DNA of 64,000 nucleotides from Paramoeba atlantica (Eukaryota > Protista > Discosea), in contig CDRNVI010000049.1 of assembly GCA_977017575.1 (NCBI GenBank), positions 434,001 through 498,000 of the forward strand, written 5' to 3'. This document shows positions 54,601-64,000 of the stretch, piece after piece. A program made the translations under genes and the position numbers. Each line of letters starts with the position of its first letter. Position 1 is the stretch's first letter. The notes beneath the pieces were generated by a model. That model saw only the letters and a list, made by a program, of their open reading frames with translations. It was not told the DNA's origin and made no database searches.

Positions 54601-55998
54601 TTACATGGCTCCTCCAAAAATGTTCAATACTTCCTTCTCTTTGAATGACGCCATGTCAGATCTAAATTTCGAATGGTGTATACTACATTTCTCCAAATTT
54701 CCGACCGCGTCAACCAGAAAACGGGGTGGCAGCATCACCTCGTACAGAGCGTCCAGGTCGATCTGCTCAAAATCCTGACAATAATTTAAGAAAGACAACA
54801 CGTGGGCGCCTCGACAAGCATCCTCCACCGACTGAGCGTGGTAAATAAGTCTCTCCTCAATCCGCAGAATGTTCAGTTTTTTGAACTCCTGCACTATGTC
54901 AGCGGTTGCCACATGCGGATCGAACACGCGAATATGACACCCACTTTCAAGCAATCTCCGGCCAATATGTAACGCTGGACTATTCGTACATTCCCCGCTC
55001 CCGGGTTTAAACCCGATTCCCAGGACCGCGACGACACGAGGTACTGGGACGTTCTCTCTTAAAATGGCCTCCGTTACACGTCGGCGCGTAAATTCGTTGA
55101 TCTCCAGCACCCCGGTCCAGTACCTCGCGAGCTCCCGCAGGTGCAGATTCTCACACAGGTAGACCAGCATGCGCAGGTCCTTCTCCAGGCACGGACCACC
55201 GAACCCGAGGCCGGAACGAAGATACTGGGACCCCAGCCGCGGGTCCAGGGCCAGGGACTGGGTTACCTCATCAATATCTGCCCCTGTGGTGGCGCAGAGG
55301 GTGCGGATGGTGTTCATCGTGGACACGCGCTGGGCAAGCATCGCGTTGGCCGCGAGTTTCCCCAGCTCACTGGACCACTGGTTGGTGAGCAACACCCGGG
55401 ATTTATCCACCCATCGGAGGTACAGCTCACGGAGCTGCTCCCCAGCGACTCCGGCTTTTTCACCTCCCGCAGTGCCGATTAAGACACGCGTGGGGTGGGT
55501 GAGATCACGGATGGCGGATCCGAGGGAGAGGAACTCTGGGTTGGCGATCACGCTACAGTCGAGTGTGGGGTTTTGCTCCTCGAGTAGGCGACGTAGGTGG
55601 TCGCAACATCCCACCGGTACGGTGCTTCGTAGGACAATCGTACACGTTGTAGTACACAAGGCTGCTATGTCCTTGACACATTGCGTTAAATTGGACCAAC
55701 CATCGTCCTCGACAAACGAGGTCGTTTTTAGGGGTGTATCGACACAGAGAAATATCAAGTCCGCCCCCTCTAAGGCCTTCGGCAGGCACGTAGTAAAGAA
55801 CAGATTTCGTCCCCGACAGGACTCAATTATATTACATAATTCTGGCTCATGGACGGGAAAAGATGAACTATTCCAGGCTTCGATTTTTGAATGATCCTTA
55901 TCATAAATATATACATCTATTTCAGGCCAGTAACTTGCAAGAACTGCCATTGTAGATCCCCCTACGTGACCGGCACCAAAGCAAGCTATTTGACGCAT
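54601..55998 (-). CDS. UGDH: UDP-glucose 6-dehydrogenase
   Basis: IACFGAGHVG Rossmann motif, CVDTP, STVPVG, NPEFL, ELGKLAANAMLAQRVS, GFGGPCLEKD and FDPHV motifs. Confidence 0.92.
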   Translation of the reverse strand: MRQIACFGAGHVGGSTMAVLASYWPEIDVYIYDKDHSKIEAWNSSSFPVHEPELCNIIESCRGRNLFFTTCLPKALEGADLIFLCVDTPLKTTSFVEDDGWSNLTQCVKDIAALCTTTCTIVLRSTVPVGCCDHLRRLLEEQNPTLDCSVIANPEFLSLGSAIRDLTHPTRVLIGTAGGEKAGVAGEQLRELYLRWVDKSRVLLTNQWSSELGKLAANAMLAQRVSTMNTIRTLCATTGADIDEVTQSLALDPRLGSQYLRSGLGFGGPCLEKDLRMLVYLCENLHLRELARYWTGVLEINEFTRRRVTEAILRENVPVPRVVAVLGIGFKPGSGECTNSPALHIGRRLLESGCHIRVFDPHVATADIVQEFKKLNILRIEERLIYHAQSVEDACRGAHVLSFLNYCQDFEQIDLDALYEVMLPPRFLVDAVGNLEKCSIHHSKFRSDMASFKEKEVLNIFGGAM

Positions 55999-57101
55999 AC
56001 TATACGGTGTAAAGAGCAGGAAAGAAGAGCATTACACAAAACATATTATCAGTTGTAAAGAAGTTTTTTTTGAGCGCGCAATAGTAAATAGCGGGGACAG
56101 TAACTCAAAGGTGAAAAGCATTTCGTGCATTGATACAATTAATTACAGTGCTCGTAAAAATTCGTGTCGTAAAATATCGAGTGGTAAAAATTAGTGCATT
56201 TTGTGTCACTTTTTTAATAAATCACCATCCGGGTTATTATACCTAGGGACACCTATTGTACCTCCTAGGTATAATAAGTGTCCCTAGGGTCCTTGTTATA
56301 CCCCCCCTACCGCATCAGAGGCAGGTGCAGAACTTACAGGAGCGTAAATTTGGACGTGGGAGGGGTCTAAAATTTGTAAAATTTGGCCCATTTTGGAAAG
56401 TTATAGCGCATTCGAGAGCTCTCAAACAGGGTTCATGAACGTGCAGGCACAGAATCTGCGTTATTTGATGCATTCTGCGTTATTTTCGAATGCACATAGA
56501 ACAGCGTCTTTTGGAAGACAAAATCTTGCATTTTTCTCAATTTTTCTGATTTCCCCCCTGATTTATGCCACAAAGACGGGATTACGGACGATCACCCTAA
56601 CATAAACACTCCGAAAGGGTTAATTCTTCGCCTGGACACGTAAAAGCATGCTGGTGCATGCTCTTTGTTGTCGACTACTAAGTAACACAATCTTTTCCCC
56701 TCACTACGCGTAAATTTCAATGTTGCGTTTGATGAGGAAAACTTACCAAGAAATCAGATTGACATTGTCAAGAGTTTTGACCAGTTGGGGTATAGTAACC
56801 ACGAAAATACTGTCACTCCCCCCTTTATACTTCCGCCGGTTGTATTCGTGGCATTTCATGTTATTTTACCCCTGAAGCCCCAGAAAATAATCTTCCCCCC
56901 ACACTCGCGCACGTTTCCGCAGGCGCCAGAGGAAAACTTGTAAATGGATCATAACATGTTGTGGGCAATACGAAAAAGAACGCGCCGCGAAGCGGCGCGA
57001 AATTTTTGTTGTCGTTTTTGCAAAGCAATGTTATTATATCTAGGGACACTTATTATACCTCCTAAACGGGGGTACGACTTAATGTACCGGGTACCTTTTT
57101 A

Positions 57102-57530
57102 GAGGGCTGAAACCAGTAAAATGCAAACCCAGGCAAACCTAGGCAAACCCAGTCAGGTCCCAAGAGAAACCAATGGCAATGGTACTTGGAGTTTTTTCGG
57201 CTATATGTAACTTTTCAGATTAATATGTAACTTTGCAGAATCATAACCCCCCCCAATGAAAAGTGACCCACCCCTCAGTCACTCATGCTGCGCGCTTCGC
57301 GTTGAAAACTACCTTCGCATTTAACGAAAAGCCTAAAAAAGAAAAACCGCCAAAAGATCATGAATAATATATTTTTTTGGGTGAATCTAAGGAAAATAAG
57401 TTATTGCACGAAAAGAGCATTAAAGAATATACTGTGCTTTTCGCCAAGGAAGAAATTGAGTTGCCTAATACAATATTGAAAATTAGCAAACCCAGGCAAA
57501 CCTAGGCAAACCCAGGTGGTTTCAGCCCTC
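57102..57530. mobile_element. PIF/Harbinger-like MITE (GAGGGCTGAAACCA TIR, TTA duplication)
   Basis: 14-bp perfect TIR with TTA on both flanks; GCAAACC(C/T)AGG subterminal repeats at both ends. Confidence 0.75.
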
Positions 57531-57755
57531 TTATACAGGGGTGATCACCAATATCGGGACACCTCCCATTTTTGGGCCGTGCGTCCGTTTCACCTGATTT
57601 TTGTTGCAAAAGAGAGATCTCGACGCGAATATGATCGGAACGACATTTTGCGCCGATTTAAACACACTTGTAAAAAATGGTATAAAAAAAATAGAAAGAA
57701 TCTCCAAAAAATATGCAAATTTATGTAAAAATTGTGCAAAGCCCGTTAAAATTGT

Positions 57756-58389
57756 CGGGTAATGCCCACTTATATTGCACCCACTTTTCTATTTTTTGGG
57801 TCAAACTGTGCCACAGAGTTGAAGGGGACAGCACAACCTAAAAAGCAACTGGATCACACGCCCGGTCACACAACATAGGAACACAAGTACACAATCCTGC
57901 GGAAGGGACAAACGTTGGTTCTGAGAACGCGCCCCTACTCGCTTCAGTGTGCGGGGGCGCTAAAATATAATTCTGTCTCAGGGCTACACCCACAGTTGGG
58001 CTTTGCTCACAGACGTAGGCTACGCTCAAAGTTGGGCCTTACCTCCAGACAGGTAAACTAGGAGTCTTCTCTATATTTCCCACAGCCCTGACATGGGGCA
58101 GCATGGTCCAACATGGGACCTCCTAGCGGTCTTCCCCGCCACTGCCATGTGGCACTGACGCCATGCTTTCTTTTTGTGGCATTTTATCTGCCCGCAGGCA
58201 TTTTATCTGTGCATGGGCATTTGACGTGTAAAGTGGCGAACTTTAAGCATACTGCAACATTTTTTTGACGTAAAGTAGGCGGAAGGAGGAAATGAGATAA
58301 AGTGTGTGAAGTTACTCTGCGCAAGAAAACATTTCAATGCATTCATATCATTATTTTGAAAGTGGGTGCAATATAAGTGGTCTGTACCC
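57756..58389. mobile_element. Nested 634-bp TIR element with 8-bp TSD (AAATTGTC); Merlin- or hAT-type
   Basis: GGGTA..CCACTTATATTGCACC(C)CACTTT / AAAGTGGGTGCAATATAAGTGG..TACCC ends; TSD at 57748..57755 and 58390..58397. The 19.8-kb family member shows the empty site. Confidence 0.8.
58095..58166 (+). ncRNA. Putative HDV-like (nested double pseudoknot) ribozyme, possibly degenerate
   Basis: Manual fold: P1 GGGGCAG/CTTCCCC (one mismatch), P2 CATGG/CCATG, P3 ACC/GGT, L3 TCCTAGC, P4 TGCC/GGCA, J4/2 CTGAC. Confidence 0.5.
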
Positions 58390-58971
58390 AAATTGTCTAT
58401 TAAAGGATACAAATCTCTTTTATTGCACCGGGTCATGAGCAAGCCCGTCATGCGGGATTGCTGCCCTCAAAGTCATCTGACTTAAACTTGATAGAAAACT
58501 TGTGGTCAATCATGGATGACTACATTCATAGTTCTTTGCGTCCGAAAAATAGGCATGAATTGCGAGAGGTCATACCCAAGGCTATTGAATATCTCCTAAC
58601 CGAAAGGCGAGATATCCTAGAGAAGGCTCTGAAGAGCCTCCCAAAACGGTTAGAAGAGTTACGAAAGTGTAACGGAGGGGTTATTTCATATTAAATAACT
58701 TTTTCAATGCTTTTTAAGGCATTTTTATCCACATTTTCAAATGTGCAAATTTAGAAAAAAATCGTTTTTGTCGTACACACCCTCCTTTTTAGGTGTGTTT
58801 CAATAGGCGCAAAATGTCGTTCCGATCATATTCGCGTCGAGATCTCTCTTTTGCAACAAAAATCAGGTGAAACGGACACATGGCACAAAAATGGCGGGTG
58901 TCCCGATATTGGTGATCCCCCCTGTATACCGGGGGGGTATAATCGCTACCCAATATACCCCCCCCTGGGTA

Positions 58972-59053
58972 CCGTGGAAAACACGGGGGTGGGGGGTATA
59001 AACGCTCAAAATAAATAGAGCGTTTATACCCCCCACCCCCTTGTTTTCCACGG
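58972..59053. repeat. 82-bp palindrome (36-bp arms), MITE-like
   Basis: CCGTGGAAAACA.GGGGGTGGGGGGTATAAACGCTC / GAGCGTTTATACCCCCCACCCCC.TGTTTTCCACGG. Confidence 0.8.
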
Positions 59054-59500
59054 TGCCATCATGTATTGCCCCTTTTAACCTCTTTGGTTACCGCAAAAAA
59101 ACAGGTCCTCTTTGGTTTACCGCAAAAAAACATTGGAGCTAATATACCCCCCACCACTCCGCATTATACCCCCCACCCGGTATAAACGGTGAGCGAATAT
59201 ACCCCCCCCTTAATATACAGGGTACGCTTTATTATACCCCCCCTGTACATTAAGTGGTACCCCCGTTTAGGTATAATAACCCGGACGGTGGTTTAGTTGA
59301 ATATTCCCGGACATAAGAGCGACACTGTGGATAGAGGCCGTGGCTCAAACGACGGAAAATCCTCACAGTGAAAAAGAAATATCTCCTGAACAACGGAAAT
59401 GGCTTTTTTAAAACTATAAGGATCAATATAACCCGGGGAATGGTATATTACTTAATAACGCTATAATATTTAAATGACACTATATTAAATGATAATATAT

Positions 59501-59588
59501 TATTTAAATTAACACTATATTATTTAAATTAACACTATATTATTTAAATTAACACTATATTATTTAAATAACACTATACTATTTAAAT
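59501..59588. repeat. AT-rich 20-bp tandem repeat (tatttaaattaacactatat)
   Basis: About four visible copies. Confidence 0.85.
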
Positions 59589-60112
59589 GGCAAAATTCTG
59601 CTCATTTTCCCACTATGTCGGGCCTACTTGTCGAGACATTTCTTTAGAAATACCTAGAACTCTTTGGCAATAGCTAGACTAGTAGGCTAAAATTATCTTG
59701 ACAAATTTTTACGTCACTGCATGCTTACCATTAATTTCTTGGAACAATTTAAGGTGCACCTTCCTTAAAATTGCCTTTCGCTCTTTGTTAAAGCTTCTCT
59801 GGCGCTTTCTTCCTTTGAGGCTGCAATTGATGCGTGATTGATAAATCGACTCCTAAAACGTATAGTTTTAGGTAAAAAAACGCGCCTTTTCGACCACTCG
59901 AGACCCCCTTCTTTGGAAGCGATTTGCAAACCCCAATTTGCCACATATGCTTTTTTCAACTTGAGGTTTGGGATACGCAAGACCTTAGAGGAAGGAGGAG
60001 GCGCAATGCAAAAAGCAGAAGGCGAAGCCTTCTGACCTTTTGCCGCAGCGACGACGACTTCCTCGCGTGGAAAGCTGTAAGGAGTCCTAGGGAACATATT
60101 TTTTCCTATGTA

Positions 60113-60293
60113 ACCCAGGACAAAGTGGACAAGGGAGTACCAATAGTTTAGGTGCGGCAGTTTCCGCAGGAAAAACGGTATCTTCCTTATTGCATGAAGA
60201 CAAGCGCCTAAAAAAGGTAGAGATTCCGTTTTTCCTGTGGAAACTGCCGCATCTAAACTATTGGTATCTCCCTCGTCCACTTTGCCCTGGTTT
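60113..60293. mobile_element. Hairpin MITE with ~65-bp arms
   Basis: ccaggacaaagtggacaagggag.accaatagtttag.tgcggcagtttcc.caggaaaaacgg is mirrored at 60225..60290. Confidence 0.72.
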
Positions 60294-60538
60294 TAGCAGC
60301 TTCGTTAAACGCGGAGGTAGTTTTCAACGCTAAGCGCGCAGCATGAGTGACTTCAAAGTTGAAAACAACCACTACGTTTAACTAAGCCACTCAATGTTAG
60401 AAATTTCCACCATGTTTACTGTACTTTTTAGACCAAAAAAATCAGTCATTTTTTTTCGAACATTTTTTTTTCAAAACGGCACTATAAGTGGGGGGGTACA
60501 TACAAGTAGCGGGGTACATAACCCCGCTCTGTCGCCAA

Positions 60539-63500
60539 TCATGGATGGCTGAAGAGCTCATCATGGCGTTTCCTCTTTGCACCGCGACCCCTAGAGCCAT
60601 AAGTGCGTGTTGGAGAAAACCTGCATGATCCTCCGTAAATCTCCCCCATCTGCGCAGGAACGACAAGGTCGTTAAAAAAATGAAAAAAATTCATACTGCG
60701 AGATGAAGCCATTTTTTCGTGCTGATTCACTTTTTGCTCTTCGGCCTTCTCAAGGGTGCTTCCTGGGAACTTCGCTTCCTTCTCCACATAAGAAGGAGCA
60801 AGAGGATTTACGACGGTGACATCTATCAAAGTCAGTTGGTCCCCTAGTTGAAAACATACAGGGGTGCAAATCAGATGCTGGGGGGGGTCTAAAATTAGCA
60901 ATGTTTGCGCAATTTTGGAAAATAATAGCGCATTCGAGAGCTCTCGCAGAGATCTATGTATTTGGATAGGCGGTTTCCCGGGGTGTAAGGGGGTGGTCAA
61001 CTGAGGAGAAGCCCAAAAACGTCAAAATGCAAAAAATGAATGAAAATTTTTGTACGTTCAATAATTACAACTTTCCCCTTTTTTTTCTACTACTATGTCG
61101 AAACGCCGCGGCATGCTGTTTATAAAGTGTTTATGAGCACGTCATGACCATCTGTTTTAATGTAATCAACCGCCTTTTCAATAGAATACAAAAGTTCAGT
61201 CCTATTTTCTGGGTTTGTACCATCTTTAATAAAGGTGTCCATGATGTCCCAAATGTTTTCAATAGGGTTAAGATCTGGGGATTTTGGGGGAAGTCTAAAA
61301 CAACGACTTGGTTTTCTCGAAAGGTTTTAAAGGTGCCATTGTGACAAGGAGCATTATCCATTGCAACTCTAGTACCGCTATGACGCTTCAAGAAACCCCC
61401 CCTTTTTGTCATAGCTGCTTTAAAAACATTTGAAGTAATCGTAACTTTCCCATTTCTGTCCCTGTCGGGAAAGACGTGATAAAAAACTCCATAAATAAGG
61501 CTTATCCCATCCAAACGTTTATTCCATCCCCCCCAAACCATTTTTGCGCAGCTTTTAGGGGTGGCTTCGGGGGGTCACTCGCTCGGCAAATGTAAGAACG
61601 GCTTTCGCGCCCAAGTTGACAAGTGAACTTTTTTTCGTCACACCAAATAATGTGACGAAGCTGTGCGACGGACCACTTCTGCATTTTCAGTGCAAATGTT
61701 AGTCGCTTGGCCTTGTGAACTTCAGTTAAGAACAGGCCTTTAGAAAAAGATCGTTGGATCATCCCTTCGTCCTTCAAAAAATTTACTAGGGTCGGCCTGC
61801 TGCAGGAGAAACCCCTTTTCCTAACCTCACGAAGAATAAAACTCCACGAGGGACAACCTCGCGCACTTGTCGCGTTGGACGCGTCAATAATTTCACGGCA
61901 TGCCTCAAGAAGCTCCGGCGTTGTCACTGCGTTCTCGAGGAGGCGTAGCACGTTCAACATCCCCGGTTTCCTCAAATCGCTTAACCCACAACTTAACAGT
62001 GCTGTCGTGGATGCCTTGTCTTTGGCAAGTGACACTGTAGGAGTTTGTATTCTCGTAATCTTTAACGAGAAGCATCCTGTGTGAATATTTTGTGTGCCCC
62101 GGGGGTTCATGTGATCTATCGGATAAGCTTTTACTGTTTTGCTTAGAGCGGGATCGCTTTTGCGGCATAATAGTGAGCTGAAAAACAAAAAAACACGGAA
62201 AAAACTGCAAAAATTGAAAAATCTGCAACTTTTAGGGGGGTAAAAAACCTTTAAAAAAAATATCTTTTTCAAATTTGTTTTCTTTTAACGTGGTAATGGC
62301 GCCAAAACATAGATCTCTGCGAGAGCTCTCGAATGCGCTATTATTTTCCAAAATTGCGCAAACATTGCTAATTTTAGACCCCCCCAGCATCTGATTTGCA
62401 CCCCTGTATGTCCGGTCCTCGGCCGTTGTTGATCCTTGAGGCGGCCTAAACCACCCATAAGAAGGGAAGCGCAGTTAATGATCGCTGAATCGACTTTGGC
62501 ATTCGCTCTCTCCGTGATCTCTGGATGATGACATCTGAGTATGTGATTCCACCGCGGCGCACCAGTGTCGCAGGACGGCCCAAGCGCATTGTTTGGAAAG
62601 AAGCGGAATCCTTGACAGGAATTCTTCGAATTTTGGTACTTGGTTCAGAGTCCAATTAGTTTCACGAGTAGGTTCGCAAGCGACGTACGCATCCAACAAT
62701 TTTTGACCAAAAAGGCTCTGTTGGACCCCCAAGGACTCCAAAAGTTGAAACTGGCACTGGTCTCGCGTGCTCACACAACACTTTGTGCGATTGATGAGCA
62801 AACCAAGGCGTCCGAAGCGCTCTTCGAGGATGACGTATGCCCGTTTTACGAGTGTAGGGGGGCCAAGGAACGCAACATCGTCAAGGTAAGCACACAAAAT
62901 TATATCTGGACCAAGATCTTCTACAGTTGAGCGCAGAGTTTCGTGTATCGCTAAAGAAAAAAGTAAGGGTCCCATGGGATCTCCCTGCTTGACTCCGCAA
63001 AAACTTTTCATTGGGACATCGTTGAGCATAAGGCAGCTTGGGGTTCCGTAAGAGAACAGCGTAATACCCATCAGTTCCTCCAAATCGGGTGTTTTTCGCA
63101 GTCCCTCTATTATAAATTTTCTCTGAAGTGAATTGAAAGCGTTTGTTATGTCCAAAGTTCCCAGTATGCTTTCCTTGTTACTTAGGAAAGATTGCCGAAG
63201 AGTCCAGATAATTCTTTCTCACCCATTCGGTGAGCCTGCACCGTGCTGAATATCGCCAAAAATAGCCGGAAGGGATGGCTGTACTCTACGGATGATGGTG
63301 ATTCCAGCCAGCTTCAGAAACGCTTCTCCCATCGCAATGGGGCGACAGGCCGGGAGTTCTTCGGTAGGAGGAGATTTCTCCTCACGGATTAGCAAGAGTC
63401 GGGATGTTGCCAAAGCTTGTCGGAGATCTAGAAATAAATTGTTCTTCAGAATGCCTTCCAGGAGCCATTGTAACCATTCGGAGACTTCTGGGATGTCCAG

Positions 63501-64000
63501 GACTGGCAGAATCAGATCACGGGTCCATCCCGAAGGACCGGGTGCGGCACCCCGTGCCATACGAAACACTCCGTCGCGGACCTCATTTTGGTTCAGCTTA
63601 ATGTTTTTCGTGGGGCGAATAGCTGGGCTGGTAATAAAATACCCTTTTTTGTGGAGTTTTTCCGCAACCCGAAGTGTCCGGAGAGCAGTGTCCGGAGAGA
63701 GAGGAGGAGTGGGTGATGCGTCCAGCGCTCGTGCTGTTCTACCTAGTGCTCCCGCTCTCGCCAAACGATCAGCTCTGACTGTGTTTGCTATTGGATTTTT
63801 CTTACACTTCTCTATTGGTTCGTAATACACATGTACGTCGGTTCAACCGAGGCGCTTCAATAACGTATTTCATGGGACATTGCTCTTTCACTCATGCGCT
63901 GTGGAGTAAGGAAAAGATAACGCTTTACGGCCTCGAGCATTTTCCATACAATCTCAATTTTTCCGGCCTGGGTTCTTTCTTGGAAAGGTAGACATATTTT
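60539..64000 (-). mobile_element. CRE/SLACS-type (RLE) non-LTR retrotransposon, defective, 5' end outside the window
   Basis: RT motifs RPIAMGEAFLK, DITNAFNSL, GVKQGDPMGPLLF and AYLDDV. The RLE motif GPDI-CFQLGDQLTLIDVTVVNP is restored in frame when 60859..62406 is removed. There is an in-frame TGA at ~63219 and an apparent deletion between RT and RLE. Confidence 0.85.
60859..62406 (-). mobile_element. Tc1/IS630-like element, ~105-bp TIRs, TA TSD, frameshifted DD32E transposase (family of 31942..33387)
   Basis: TA-CAGGGG...CCCCTG-TA ends; protein segments very similar to the 32-kb copy. Confidence 0.92.

Larger units (their letters stand above)
57536..58924 (+). mobile_element. Internally deleted Tc1/IS630-like element, ~120-bp TIRs, TA TSD
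   Basis: TA-CAGGGG...CCCCTG-TA ends; transposase C-terminal remnant (SSDLNLIENLWSIM) at 58458..58694; same family as 19646..20259. Confidence 0.85.
56220..59293. mobile_element. TA-flanked composite non-autonomous element enclosing several nested insertions
   Basis: AATCACCATCCGGGTTATTATACCTA at the left end is the near reverse complement of TAGGTATAATAACCCGGACGGTGGTT at the right end; TA flanks. Confidence 0.6.

Noticed and set aside
59765-60280. 171-aa ORF on the host strand
   Set aside because: Its 5' half runs through a hairpin MITE and it has no recognisable domain.

Overview
This window is eukaryotic nuclear DNA, most likely from a kinetoplastid or related euglenozoan. About 18 intron-less host genes all lie on the minus strand, as in a polycistronic cluster. 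They include a DDX60-like helicase, acylphosphatase, an RRM protein, ribosomal P2, a Nas2-N protein, a histidine phosphatase, PIG-B, a split LRR gene, a Hikeshi-like protein, RPC25 and UDP-glucose dehydrogenase. A 39-nt spliced-leader (SL) exon is present. From about 19.6 kb the intergenic space is filled with nested DNA transposons (Tc1/IS630-like, pogo-like, hAT, Merlin, Harbinger-type MITEs) and a CRE/SLACS-type non-LTR retroelement. Four observations stand out. (1) A dispersed ~500-nt repeat begins with the SL exon and shows compensatory base-pair changes, with G-U wobbles only on the SL-sense strand, which points to a structured RNA family. (2) An intact bacterial-type IS30 transposase sits in a 2.27-kb element with long minisatellite inverted arms, nested three levels deep in eukaryotic elements. 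(3) Several CAGGGG-TIR Tc1-like families have a DD32E catalytic spacing. (4) An HDV-like ribozyme fold lies inside a small TIR element. Several frameshifts fall in homopolymer runs, including in housekeeping genes, so some 'pseudogene' calls may be assembly errors. Species and protein calls come from motif recognition only; no database searches were run.
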